Part shown: piece after piece, positions 49,609-59,589 of the stretch | Numbering within the stretch: position 1 is the stretch's first letter | Layout: every line of letters begins with the position of its first letter | Assembly (NCBI GenBank): GCA_041650895.1 | Contig: JBAZKF010000001.1 | Coordinates: 637,181 to 701,180, forward strand | Reading direction: 5' to 3' | DNA length: 64,000 nt | Origin: Patescibacteria group bacterium | Lineage (GTDB): Bacteria > Patescibacteriota > Patescibacteriia > 2-01-FULL-39-33 | Translations under genes and position numbers: made by a program | The notes under the pieces: model-generated | Seen by the model: the letters and a program-made list of their open reading frames with translations, nothing else | Told to the model about the DNA's origin: nothing | Databases searched by the model: none

Positions 49609-49818
49609 AGATAGCTCACCCCCTTTCTTTTATAAGTGTAAGCTGAAACGATTTTCTCTGCAAAAACTATTTCAACTAAATATATTATAGCATACTTTTT
49701 TTTTGACAACAATAGTTATCCACAACTGTCAATAATATTTTTTAAAATTATTTTTCATTATTGTCGGAAAATTAATTAAGTTGAATTATTTTTTTTATTC
49801 CGTTAATATATTCATATT

Positions 49819-50391
49819 ATGACAAACAACATGACAGCGGAACAATTGAAAGAAAAATACCAGAGCTTCCTTAAGACGGAGTTTACGGTTTTTGATCTGG
49901 AAACATCCGGTTTGGATCCACTGCGGGATGAAATTCTGGAAATCGCCGGCATTCGGTTGCGCGGCGATGAAGAATTGGCTCGTTTTGAAGCTTTAATCCG
50001 CCCCACTCGTCCGATTCCGCCGGAGGTGGAGAAGATTAATGGTTTAAATGAGATATACTTATTGGTCAATGGCCGACCCAGCAGTCAGGTGTTGGTTGAG
50101 TTTTTGTCTTTTATTGACGGCTCTATCATTGTCGGCCACAATATTAAAGAGTTTGATTGGCTATTTGTTTTGTCGCATATTAAACGCCACGTTTTGAATG
50201 CACCGCAACATAAAATGATTGATACTCTGGAGTTATCCCGTAAGTTGTTGTCTTTACCGCAATATAATTTAACAGCGGTGGCTCGCCATTTTGGACACGA
50301 AAATCGTAATGCTCATCGCGCTATGCCTGATGTGGAAGTCAACGCTAAAGTATTTGTTAATCTTATGGAGCAAATGCTTAAAGTTCAATAA
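49819..50391 (+). CDS. dnaQ: DEDDh 3'-5' exonuclease (DNA polymerase III epsilon-like)
   Basis: Exo I FTVFDLETSGLDP, Exo II HNIKEFDW and Exo III HRAMPDV are present. A TTATCCACA DnaA box sits upstream (49717-49725). Confidence 0.75.
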   Translation: MTNNMTAEQLKEKYQSFLKTEFTVFDLETSGLDPLRDEILEIAGIRLRGDEELARFEALIRPTRPIPPEVEKINGLNEIYLLVNGRPSSQVLVEFLSFIDGSIIVGHNIKEFDWLFVLSHIKRHVLNAPQHKMIDTLELSRKLLSLPQYNLTAVARHFGHENRNAHRAMPDVEVNAKVFVNLMEQMLKVQ

Positions 50392-50416
50392 TTTGTAAAT
50401 AGCATGTAATAAAATT

Positions 50417-50446
50417 TTAATCCCGGCCGTAAGCCGGGATTTTTAA
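50417..50446 (+). terminator. rho-independent terminator
   Basis: AATCCCGGCCGTAAGCCGGGATTTTT. Confidence 0.7.
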
Positions 50447-50497
50447 GTAAAAATAAAACCGTTCCGACAGAAGCGTCGGAGCGGTATGGGAAAGTGC

Positions 50498-50695
50498 TTA
50501 TTGTTGCCGGGTTACAGGGATGTTGAAAAGTTTGGCCACTGCCGGCAGAATTTTCGTTGTGATAAACGGCTTGACCTTGCCCATAAGGAAGGGCTTTACT
50601 GTACTGCGCCAGAAGGGCACCAGGTATTTTTCCGCTACCTTAAACTTGTATTCAACGAAGAGGCCGATAACCAGAATTGTAATGGCGACGAACAT
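50498..50695 (-). CDS. hypothetical 65-aa membrane-anchored Lys-rich protein (last gene of the minus-strand operon)
   Basis: SD AAAGGAGAAC. N-terminal TM helix. Preferred over the antisense ORF 50486-50728, which has neither SD nor features. Confidence 0.45.
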   Translation of the reverse strand: MFVAITILVIGLFVEYKFKVAEKYLVPFWRSTVKPFLMGKVKPFITTKILPAVAKLFNIPVTRQQ

Positions 50696-50777
50696 GATAG
50701 TTCTCCTTTGGTGACGAGTCGCTCTTAGCGGCTTCGTCTGTTTTTCACTAAAATTGTTTAAATGAACGATTAACCAG

Positions 50778-52400
50778 CTATTCCGCAGAAGTCGACGGAG
50801 CGGTCGTCGGCTCTACTCTTTCCGCTTGAGGCAGGCCCCCCATAACCGGCTTAAAGCTGACATTAGCTTCCAATTGATTCTTCCAAGCGCCAGAGTCGGC
50901 TGATTCCATCCAATAAACGCATTGGTTGGCTGCATCAGTCAATATCACATCAGGACGGTTGCCGGCGATATAGTGTTTAGGGTCATTACTGTCCAAGGTA
51001 ACGACAGTGGTCAGCCAATAGAAGCGGATCTTATCGTTTACCCTGGTGATATAGGGCCGTTGCTCGACCGGTCGATTGATTGTCCAGTCAAAGAATTTAT
51101 GATCGCCGATAACTTTATTGGTTACGGCGGTTACTCCCAGCATTGGTTCTTTCTGATGATGAGAAAAAATGAATATTTTACTCAAGCCGTCAGCCGGCAC
51201 GAACAAAGAGACGGATAATCCTTGCGATTTTTCCGAGTAAGGCTGAAGCGAGAAGTAGTGATAAAGAGCGTCTTTGCCGCCGAGTTGCCCCAGACGGAAA
51301 AAGATAGTGAAGGGCTGATCGTTCATATCCTCGGGCATATTGGCGATTCTGACATCGCCGTTATGTATCCAAGGTAGAGGAGCGGATAGTCCTTTATGGA
51401 ACTTGAAGCTTTCAGCAATGTAACGGGATACTTTATAAGACAAGACATTCTGTCCATCCAGGAATGGGTGGTTTTTCATTTTGGCCGGCGGCACATAATA
51501 GCCGCAACCGAACATGACTCGCCTGATGCTTTGCCAGACGTTGTCTGGCGATTGTTCAATTATCTGTACTCCGCCAAAAATCGGCCGTGGAAACAGTAAT
51601 CCTTTCCAACGGATCAGTGGTACTACTTGCACCATCTTTCCAGAATCGTCTTTAAGGTAGATAACTCCGTCCGGTTCATAATTGAAGTAACGCCATAACC
51701 CGAAAGCGCGGCTGACGGCGGTGTAAGTATTTCTGCTCCATTTAAGGTTTTCTCCAGTTTCGAATTTGACGTTAATTAGGTTTTGCAACCCCCAATCCGG
51801 AGCCGGAGATGTGCCATCAACATTATAAACTTGGCGAATTCCAGAGAAGATACGGGGTAAAAGAGGAGTAGGCTCAATGCCCATAGTAAAACGGTATTGA
51901 CTGCCGATCCGCACAAAATGCGGTTCAGCCGGTTGGACGTTGTCTTGCACTAATTCCCGCGCTTGCGAGAAAACAGAGTTAAGCGGTAAGATCCGCTCGT
52001 AAGCCGTTTCCGGTAATTGCTCCAATTCTACGAAATCATTGACTTTGTAGCAGTAATACTGCGCCAGATAGTGATGAATCGGCTTGCCGACCTCATAAAT
52101 ACCGAAGCCAATAAGCAGATAGAGTACTACTAACAGTAGTTTACCGCGCCATCGATATTTGCGGTACAGCCAACGGAAAATGCCTATGGCCGCAATAATC
52201 GCCAAGAAAGAACCAAAGAACTTTCTGACAGTAATGACGGATCCGTATACATACCCGCGAGCTATAAATAGCTCTAAGCCGGTTGCTATCAGGAGAATAG
52301 TAAAAATCAACCAGTGACGTTTAGCGAAATTCATTGACCAGACGGCGCTGTGTTTGAAAAGCCAGAAAAGCCGACCGTGTTTATCTTGTTTTTCACTCAT
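50778..52400 (-). CDS. hypothetical polytopic membrane protein with large extracytoplasmic domain (540 aa)
   Basis: SD AGGAGATAG. Four N-terminal TM helices, then a ~400-aa Trp/Tyr-rich domain. Unassigned. Confidence 0.55.
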   Translation of the reverse strand: MSEKQDKHGRLFWLFKHSAVWSMNFAKRHWLIFTILLIATGLELFIARGYVYGSVITVRKFFGSFLAIIAAIGIFRWLYRKYRWRGKLLLVVLYLLIGFGIYEVGKPIHHYLAQYYCYKVNDFVELEQLPETAYERILPLNSVFSQARELVQDNVQPAEPHFVRIGSQYRFTMGIEPTPLLPRIFSGIRQVYNVDGTSPAPDWGLQNLINVKFETGENLKWSRNTYTAVSRAFGLWRYFNYEPDGVIYLKDDSGKMVQVVPLIRWKGLLFPRPIFGGVQIIEQSPDNVWQSIRRVMFGCGYYVPPAKMKNHPFLDGQNVLSYKVSRYIAESFKFHKGLSAPLPWIHNGDVRIANMPEDMNDQPFTIFFRLGQLGGKDALYHYFSLQPYSEKSQGLSVSLFVPADGLSKIFIFSHHQKEPMLGVTAVTNKVIGDHKFFDWTINRPVEQRPYITRVNDKIRFYWLTTVVTLDSNDPKHYIAGNRPDVILTDAANQCVYWMESADSGAWKNQLEANVSFKPVMGGLPQAERVEPTTAPSTSAE

Positions 52401-52411
52401 GGTGCTATCTC

Positions 52412-53185
52412 CTATTCCCTTTCTTGGTCGGAGTTATTCACTACTCCTTCAGGGCTGCCAGGACTGCTTTCACCTCGGGCAAAAGCTTTTAGATTAGCTC
52501 TCGCCGCCCTTAAGCGTTCATCATTCAACGGAGTGGCTTTGGCCTTGTCGCCTACAAGATTAATGCTGGTTTGCACAGTTGCAAGTTCTTGTTGCAGGGC
52601 GGATAGCTCGGAAGTCGCCGTTGTTGCCGGCAGTTCTTCTGTTTCTGCAGGAGTCGCGGTAATAACCACTGGTTGTTCCGGCTGATTAGCCGTTCTAACT
52701 GCGTCTTTAAGGGCGCTTCGCCAATTGGCTAAACCGCCGGTTAAGTTATTCCACCAGTTTCTGGCTTTCTTTTTGGCTTCATTGCCGACTTGGATTTCTC
52801 CGGTTTCAATCCTGTCGATTACGTCTAGATGCTTCAGTAATCTTTCACGCTTGCCCAAGAGTCGCATAACCATGGGACCGCAATAGAAGCCGACCATCGT
52901 AAAAACGACAGCCATTAACAACAAGAAGGAATTGACTGCGGGGCCATGCACCATCATATAGAGGCATAATCGCCAATTAATGAAACCCAGAAGCAAGGCC
53001 GAGTAAAAGCGTCCTCGCGCTTTACGACCTAAGATGAAACCGGAGACTTGATCGGCCGGTAGGCGCTTACTGTGGGTCAGATTGTAAACGAAAGAGAATA
53101 CAACTACCCCAAAGTATTTATCAAGACCGAACCAGACGATACCGAGAGCAGTGAACAACAGGGCATACGACAAAAAAATTAGCAT
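52412..53185 (-). CDS. hypothetical membrane protein (3-4 TM) with cytoplasmic Ala/Thr/Glu-rich coiled tail
   Basis: SD AAGGAGA. 11-nt gap to the downstream gene. Confidence 0.5.
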   Translation of the reverse strand: MLIFLSYALLFTALGIVWFGLDKYFGVVVFSFVYNLTHSKRLPADQVSGFILGRKARGRFYSALLLGFINWRLCLYMMVHGPAVNSFLLLMAVVFTMVGFYCGPMVMRLLGKRERLLKHLDVIDRIETGEIQVGNEAKKKARNWWNNLTGGLANWRSALKDAVRTANQPEQPVVITATPAETEELPATTATSELSALQQELATVQTSINLVGDKAKATPLNDERLRAARANLKAFARGESSPGSPEGVVNNSDQERE

Positions 53186-53243
53186 GGTGATTCTCCTTGG
53201 TTCGCGGTTGGCAACCGCATTAGTTGAAAGTTATTCCTTTACG

Positions 53244-54536
53244 TTAATCAGTTAGTTCTTCCTTAGACGCTCTTTCTCTTAAGATGTTCATTTTTGGTCG
53301 GTAATGTTTCTTGAGCGTGGCGATGGCCCAGAGCTGTTTTGCTTTAGGCCAACCGTCATAGCGCTTATAGAACAGATTCTTATCGCAGATAAAAGTGATA
53401 AGCAGCCGCCAGGGCTGTAGTCGCGCAATCAGCATGCCGACCAATTCCCATATTTCTTCTTCCAGGTCCGGACGGGGTTGCAAGAGCAAAAGTTTAAGTT
53501 CATCTGACAATTCATCAAAACTTTCAACTTCGTTTTGTTCTAAGCGTTTGATCAGCCGTTCCAGATCTTTGTAGATTTTGGGAATTTTGGTGCCAAGGCT
53601 TCTCAGACGCGCCTTTTTTTGCGGTTCCGTCAAATGAAGATAATCAATTTCGGGATCGGCGGCGGAAAGGATATCAATCAGCAGGCAATCGCGTTTTTCT
53701 TCTAGGATTTCGGGGTGCTCCCGATACCAGGAAAGATTAACAGTGATCAGTCCGGCTTCTTCCAATCGATCGATTAAATGCTTGTTGGTCAATGGGAAAA
53801 TGTCAATTTGTGTTGCTCGATTTTTTTTGGCCAGCTTGCCATCCTCAACAACCATGAAGTCTCCCCCCGGCAGATTACGGAAGACAAAAACGCCGTTAAG
53901 CGCCCGACTGTAAAAACAGCCTAATTTTTCGTAGCGCCAGTCCGGTATTTCTACCGTACGGTATCGCAAGTTGCCATACTTTTGAGCGCTAGCGATAAGC
54001 TGGCGGGTTAATTCCCTGTTAGCCCAGTTATTGCCGGGGGCAAGAAATTCTTCCGTCAGTTTTCTTTGATGTTGAGCCGCTTGAATCAAGTCATCGCAAT
54101 AACTTATAACCGTGATATCTTCTACTAAAAGCAGATCCAGGATTGTTTCATAAGATGTCAGTTCCTGATCAATATCCAGGGCTATGCCGGAAGTCGTAGT
54201 GATATCCGCAATAACCTGGCGGAACTTTTTGAAGAACTCCGCCATCAGCGAACGATCAAACGAACTGAAGGGAAAGTAAATCGGTTTATGCTCTTGATCG
54301 GGGGAAAGAATTATTGCTAGTTGATTAGCCACGCCATGTGACAGATACAGCGGATTGCCGGTTTCTTGGGCGATTTCCGGCGACCAACCGATGCCATCAA
54401 TGGAAAATGAGGTTAGTTGAGTCGGGGGAAGTCCCAATCGTTTAAGGCAATCGTTATATCTTTCAATAAGTTGCGGCGTGTCCACCAGAGTCAATCCTTG
54501 GCCGAATAATCCGGCATCAGCAAGTAATTTATCCAT
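53244..54536 (-). CDS. hypothetical soluble protein (430 aa) with N-terminal FGQGL motif
   Basis: SD AAAGGAATAAA. Its N-terminus MDKLLADAGLFGQGLTLVDTPQL shares a motif with the N-terminus of the 56557-57789 protein. Confidence 0.55.
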   Translation of the reverse strand: MDKLLADAGLFGQGLTLVDTPQLIERYNDCLKRLGLPPTQLTSFSIDGIGWSPEIAQETGNPLYLSHGVANQLAIILSPDQEHKPIYFPFSSFDRSLMAEFFKKFRQVIADITTTSGIALDIDQELTSYETILDLLLVEDITVISYCDDLIQAAQHQRKLTEEFLAPGNNWANRELTRQLIASAQKYGNLRYRTVEIPDWRYEKLGCFYSRALNGVFVFRNLPGGDFMVVEDGKLAKKNRATQIDIFPLTNKHLIDRLEEAGLITVNLSWYREHPEILEEKRDCLLIDILSAADPEIDYLHLTEPQKKARLRSLGTKIPKIYKDLERLIKRLEQNEVESFDELSDELKLLLLQPRPDLEEEIWELVGMLIARLQPWRLLITFICDKNLFYKRYDGWPKAKQLWAIATLKKHYRPKMNILRERASKEELTD

Positions 54537-54617
54537 TTTATTCCTTTCAGTTCAACCCCGCCAATATTTTGGAGGGGGTTAGGTTTTTTACCATAACCCC
54601 CTCCGTTAGGAGAGGTC

Positions 54618-56567
54618 TTACTTGTGCGATTCCAGCCAGTTTTGGACTGCCTGGTTGGCTTCCAGTTGAATCATCATTTGTTCGCTTGCCCGTTCCACTT
54701 CGCGACGATGACCCAAGTCAACAATTGCTACCATATTGTCCAGGTAGCGCATCGCCTCTTGGAACCTGATTTCTGCGAACGATTTGCCTCGCATATTCTG
54801 TTGCATTAATCCTAATACCATAATCTTTTGTTGGTCGTAGGGTTGACGGAAAAATATTTCCGGATCGGACATCCATTCTTCAGGTAAGTCAAAGTCTAAT
54901 AGCCGATCATCAACGGCCCGTTGAATATTGCGGGTGTCGCGCGAACTGAATTTGGGGAATTGTCTTTGGACTTCTTGATAGAGCTTAGCAAAAAACTTTT
55001 GTTCATTAATATCATGTTCTTTGTTCACTCGGTTGAAAATATCCAAAATAGTCCGTTCCCTGGGTTGCTGATAGCCGACGTAGGTCTCGGCCATACTGCC
55101 GATTAAACGTTGGGCAAATAAGTATTTGTAATCGTCAGGATCGGTCATGGCGATGAAAGCAGGATCGATTTCGGCGATGCGCTTCCACCATAGGTGGTCC
55201 TGATCCAGGAAATCTTGCCACGTTGTGGCTCCTTCAATTTTGAAGCGGGTCACGATACGCGACAGTAGAGCCGAATCCAGTTGGTCGGGAATATTAGTCA
55301 GAAAGAACACTACGGAGTTGCCTCGCCAAATAGCCGAAGCTCCTTCCAAATTGGTCAGAGCCGCACCGATAACCTCACGGACACCGGCAGATACGCCTTG
55401 GCGAGTCCTGTCTTCATAATTAACTTCAGCATCATCGGCCGGTCCGAAAGAAATCCTGTCAGGATTTAAGATACGTTGCCACCATTCCTCGGCCCGTTCT
55501 CTGGATCCGCCTTGGTAGGTAGAAACGATATTGGGGGGATGAGGATCAAATACATAAGGTAATTCCAACCACTGACAGAGATCATAAAGCATGGTGGAAA
55601 AGGCGCCAATCATCATGGTTTTACCCGTACCGGGAATGCCAAACCCTATGCTGGCGGTCGGCATACCTCCTAAATCAAACATGACGTTGCGTCTTTCCGC
55701 TACTTTATAACAAGCTGTGCGTACTGCCAATCGTTGAAAAAAGCGTTTGGCATCGCGATTGCCGACAATAGTGTTGATATCAACCCGCTTGAACTCCACG
55801 CTAATCGCGTTGTTTAGTCCGTTTTCAAAACCGGAAATGGTAAAATCTTCCCCTGCCAACTTGTAAGTTATATCGGTAAAGAATTGAGTGTATTCCAACG
55901 AGTCGCGACGCAGTTTGATTTCATCCAGTGCTCCTTTAGCCGCCACTTGGACGGCTTTGAGCAGATCCAAATCATTCCTGACTTTTCCTGATTCCTGGAC
56001 GAATTTTCCCATATAGACTAGCAGGCAGTTAAAACCGCGCAGATAGTCGGTCAGACAGATTTCCGGATAGCCCGGAAAGTCCATGGATAGGGAATCCAAC
56101 TTTTCACCCTTGTAACGCGACAATGACCAAAAGACGAAAGAGGCGAAGCTGAACTGGGCGACGGCCGCAGCCGTTGCCAGTTTTTTGGAAAACTCCGCTT
56201 TTTGCCCTTCATTCAGTCGTTGGCGCGAATTGTCATCAAGCAGTTTAGCCAATCCCGAACTTTTAGCATACATCTCCACCACGTAACAGCCAATGCCGAT
56301 TCCCGTGTATAAGGAGTTAAGCAGTTGGTTGACGTTGCCTGAATTAATTGTTCTGTTGGGATTGTATGGTTTAACGAGCTCCAGCCAATTGATTCTTTCC
56401 TCCATCGGCGCTGATTCGCTAAACTTTAATCCGCCAGCGGTCGAAGGAGGTGTTAGCGGCTTCTTTGGCAGCCAACCGGCGTTTTTTATTAATTTGTCGG
56501 CAAAAGCATCAAAAGATCTGAGTTGCTCTGCCGTAATCGGCACGCAGGATCCGTTTTTATCTCCCAT
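54618..56567 (-). CDS. classic-clade AAA+ ATPase with ~280-aa N-terminal domain and C-terminal extension
   Basis: SD GGAGGAC. Walker A GFGIPGTGKT. Sensor-1 FFLTN. Arg-finger region SALLSRI. A hydrophobic segment AAAVAQFSFASFVFWSL lies upstream of the ATPase core. Confidence 0.75.
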   Translation of the reverse strand: MGDKNGSCVPITAEQLRSFDAFADKLIKNAGWLPKKPLTPPSTAGGLKFSESAPMEERINWLELVKPYNPNRTINSGNVNQLLNSLYTGIGIGCYVVEMYAKSSGLAKLLDDNSRQRLNEGQKAEFSKKLATAAAVAQFSFASFVFWSLSRYKGEKLDSLSMDFPGYPEICLTDYLRGFNCLLVYMGKFVQESGKVRNDLDLLKAVQVAAKGALDEIKLRRDSLEYTQFFTDITYKLAGEDFTISGFENGLNNAISVEFKRVDINTIVGNRDAKRFFQRLAVRTACYKVAERRNVMFDLGGMPTASIGFGIPGTGKTMMIGAFSTMLYDLCQWLELPYVFDPHPPNIVSTYQGGSRERAEEWWQRILNPDRISFGPADDAEVNYEDRTRQGVSAGVREVIGAALTNLEGASAIWRGNSVVFFLTNIPDQLDSALLSRIVTRFKIEGATTWQDFLDQDHLWWKRIAEIDPAFIAMTDPDDYKYLFAQRLIGSMAETYVGYQQPRERTILDIFNRVNKEHDINEQKFFAKLYQEVQRQFPKFSSRDTRNIQRAVDDRLLDFDLPEEWMSDPEIFFRQPYDQQKIMVLGLMQQNMRGKSFAEIRFQEAMRYLDNMVAIVDLGHRREVERASEQMMIQLEANQAVQNWLESHK

Positions 56568-57789
56568 TAATCAAGTCCTCCCCGTTAAAGGTTATGTATT
56601 TGAAGCTGGCAAATCCCAACTCGGAGAGTTGGTGATCATTGACGGCTTGTTGCAATAAACAATGAGGCAGAATGCAATAATGTCTGACTGCGGAAACGTG
56701 CCGTTGCTGGCATTCCATGGAGAGTTCGTTGATCTTAAAAACTTCTCGGACTTTGCGCCGCAAGGGCCGGCCATAGACTTCTTGCCGTTCGGAAATAACT
56801 TCTTCTTCAGTCAGCAATAAGACAAAGTCGTCTTCTTTCCGGCTGAATTCCGTCATAATCCGACACCAAGCTTCTTGCCATTTGTCAGTGTTTGCTGACA
56901 GGTTATCGCAAAGGAACTTGGAATATAACGGCCCTAAACCGATACGCCTGATAATTTTAGGATGGATATTAACCAAACGATCATCAATATCCAAAGCCAG
57001 GATTCCGAGCTGGGGAGCCCGCGAGCCGACATTGGTAATGATGTGCAAGAATTCTTTCCAGGTTTGCCCGTACTCTTCCAATGGTTCGCAATCATTGTCA
57101 TGTTCAAAATTCATCAGATATAAGTAGGGGCGGTTAGTGGTAAAATCAAAACAAGCCCAAGCGAAACTGTAACATCGCGCCTTAGGATTGTCTGATTTTA
57201 ACGCTGTCAATTCTCCAGCCGTAAACGGCAGGAATAATTTGTCCTCCGCTAACATGGAAAAATAAGATCTTTCGCCTAAAATCGCCAGAATATCTTCTGC
57301 TTCAGTCAGTTGATTGAACATGTATTCCAGCGCTGTCCTTTTCAGACGGTCCGATCCGGGCAAACTAGCCAGTCGTTCATCGCGTTGCAGATAGTCAATC
57401 CTTAGATTATCAAGCTCAATAAAATTAGGAAAGCCGGACTCGGTCAAGTCCACTCGCAGGCGATGCTGGTTGTTGTGGATATATTTCATTCTTAGGCATT
57501 CCATGGTGTAAGAAAAACGTTTTAGAAAATCAATAATGATGCCGGTTTGATTATCGGCGTTGTTGCCGATTTTATGACACCAGGATAGCAGAATTTTTAT
57601 TACCCGGAGCTGCTGAGCGAAATACTTGACGTATTTGTCAGTATCTTCCAGTAAGGCAAAATCCATACTGCCTCCATCAGTAAAATCTCCGCCGACTAAG
57701 CTATTGAGCTCGTCAGCAGATCGTCTTAAATCAGCGGGGGTAATATTAACCGTACTTAATCCTTGGCCGAAAAATGATAGTCCTCCCAT
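56557..57789 (-). CDS. hypothetical protein (410 aa) with N-terminal FGQGL motif
   Basis: Start set at MGGLSFFGQGLSTVNITPADL, 7 nt after SD AAAGGAG. Overlaps the AAA+ gene by 11 nt. Confidence 0.5.
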   Translation of the reverse strand: MGGLSFFGQGLSTVNITPADLRRSADELNSLVGGDFTDGGSMDFALLEDTDKYVKYFAQQLRVIKILLSWCHKIGNNADNQTGIIIDFLKRFSYTMECLRMKYIHNNQHRLRVDLTESGFPNFIELDNLRIDYLQRDERLASLPGSDRLKRTALEYMFNQLTEAEDILAILGERSYFSMLAEDKLFLPFTAGELTALKSDNPKARCYSFAWACFDFTTNRPYLYLMNFEHDNDCEPLEEYGQTWKEFLHIITNVGSRAPQLGILALDIDDRLVNIHPKIIRRIGLGPLYSKFLCDNLSANTDKWQEAWCRIMTEFSRKEDDFVLLLTEEEVISERQEVYGRPLRRKVREVFKINELSMECQQRHVSAVRHYCILPHCLLQQAVNDHQLSELGFASFKYITFNGEDLINGR

Positions 57790-57880
57790 AACAACTCCTT
57801 TCATGGCCGTTAGCCATACTGAAAGAAAAAGGAGGAGATCCAAGATTAAGGATCTCCTCCGTTGCGTGTAGTTGTGTGTA

Positions 57881-59206
57881 TTATTTACCCTCATCTCCTC
57901 CGAAGAATGATTCTTTTCTCAGATCAAAACCGTAGTTTTTTTGAAACAGTTCAATTTGTTCCTCTACGTCATTTCTGAATTGTCGATCCTGTTGATTGGA
58001 AGCCGCCATAATTTCGTGGTAGAGTTTGAGCCACTCCGGTATTTCTTGAAGCGCTTTAACCAACGCTTTTTGGGCCGCGGCTCGGATTTCCGCCATACTG
58101 GCCATACTTCTGGCGTCAACTCCCCGGCCGGCTTTGTTCAATTCTTCGGCCGTCGCCAAATCTTGATGGGATTTAGTGGCTTCCAACCAGGAACGCACCG
58201 TTGTCTGGCGGTATTCCACCTGTTTGGTGATCATGGCTTGCCAGGTGAGATTGATGGTCAGAAGGTCATTAAGTGTTTGGACATGAAGGTCCAATTGATG
58301 CGCAAAGTTTTGCGCTTCCTGGGCGATTGCCATACAAATATTATATTTGCCTTGCAAGGCATTCAGTGATTGCTTCAAATCGGAAGTTTTCTGGTCTTGC
58401 TTGGCAAAGCCTTTGTCTGTCCTATCCATTGTTACCAATGTCTGTTCGGCCTCGGCCAACTCACCTTTGAGCGCGACAATCTGTTGGTCAAGTCTTTCGC
58501 AAGCTTCGTTTGCTTGCGTGTGGGTTTCAAACGCCGCCCGTTTCTGCGCCTTGTCTTGTTCCAGTTGCATTTTCTGTGACTGAGCGCGAGCTTGCATGGC
58601 TTTCAAAAGCCGACCGCAAGCCAATTTGTAAGCCGTCAGACTATCTTCAATGGTTGCGTTGCTGAGGCGATCGCGCATTGCCTTATTGATACGTTCTTTG
58701 GTCGCCGCTTCCAATTGTTGGGCCGACGCTAAGTCAGTCTGGGCGTTGCGGATGGCGCTTTGGCGGAACAAACGTTTGGCCTTGGCCTTGGCTAAGGCAA
58801 GTTCAGCCTCTTTAATTCTGTTTCCGGCTTGTACCAGGGACGCCTGTTCTTGTGGCGTCATTTCTTTGAGTTGGATTACCTCGGCTCCCAATCCTTCCAG
58901 TATGATATTGAGACTTGCCATCATGCCGGCCAAGTCCGTTTTTTCTTTGGCCAAACTGGCGCGAACTTGCTCCCAGTCGGCCTTCTTTAAGCGACTCTTG
59001 ATGTCTATACTAAGAGTCGGACCTTGGCTTTTGGTGGCTGTTTCCAGACCTTGTCGCATATCGCCAAGTATGGCGTTGATATCAAAGCCCAAATTTATTG
59101 ATGCCGGTTCTTGCTCCAACTTTTGGCTGGCGGTATCCAAATTTTGTAGCATACTATCCAAGAAATTAGATCCGTCAACTCCACCGCCCGTTTGTTCTGT
59201 CGTCAT
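57881..59206 (-). CDS. long coiled-coil protein (Gln/Ala/Lys/Glu-rich heptads), first gene of the operon
   Basis: SD AAGGAG. Predicted extended coiled coils across most of its 441 aa. No catalytic motif. Confidence 0.55.
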   Translation of the reverse strand: MTTEQTGGGVDGSNFLDSMLQNLDTASQKLEQEPASINLGFDINAILGDMRQGLETATKSQGPTLSIDIKSRLKKADWEQVRASLAKEKTDLAGMMASLNIILEGLGAEVIQLKEMTPQEQASLVQAGNRIKEAELALAKAKAKRLFRQSAIRNAQTDLASAQQLEAATKERINKAMRDRLSNATIEDSLTAYKLACGRLLKAMQARAQSQKMQLEQDKAQKRAAFETHTQANEACERLDQQIVALKGELAEAEQTLVTMDRTDKGFAKQDQKTSDLKQSLNALQGKYNICMAIAQEAQNFAHQLDLHVQTLNDLLTINLTWQAMITKQVEYRQTTVRSWLEATKSHQDLATAEELNKAGRGVDARSMASMAEIRAAAQKALVKALQEIPEWLKLYHEIMAASNQQDRQFRNDVEEQIELFQKNYGFDLRKESFFGGDEGK

Positions 59207-59544
59207 GATTACAGCTCCTTGTTGTCGCCGGCCCGCTAAGCGGCGCGACTTTTGGTTGTTTCTAACAGTTTAATCGCCAATAATACTTGAGTGTATCTTG
59301 GTGTTACCTAATTTACTTTTTCCTCCTTATTTTTAAAGCTATTAAGTTGTCAAAGTCCGCACCCTTACGCCAAATTCTTTGGCATAAAGCGATTGATTAC
59401 CTTAGCAAAAAAAATAATATTTGTCAACTAATTTGTCATAATAATAGAAACAGTCTCGGATTAAAGTAGTCATTTAGGCATTTTTTGTTTAAATTTAGAT
59501 AATTTTTGTGGTTATTCTCTAACTTTTTAGTAATTTTTTGGCAT

Positions 59545-59575
59545 AAAAAAGCCGACCAGGCAAGCTGGTCGGCGT
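59545..59575 (-). terminator. rho-independent terminator (minus strand) separating the membrane-protein triplet from the AAA+ operon
   Basis: Minus strand reads CCTTACGCCGACCAGCTTGCCTGGTCGGCTTTTTT. Confidence 0.7.
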
Positions 59576-59589
59576 AAGGTGCTGATTGT

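Noticed and set aside
50486-50728. Plus-strand 80-aa ORF antisense to the last operon gene
   Set aside because: No SD and a featureless product. The minus-strand ORF has an SD, a TM helix and co-orientation with the operon.
57881-59206. Assigning the coiled-coil protein to PspA/Vipp1, TelA or SMC-like families
   Set aside because: Only the coiled-coil composition is evident. I could not anchor any family-specific motif, so the call stays generic.
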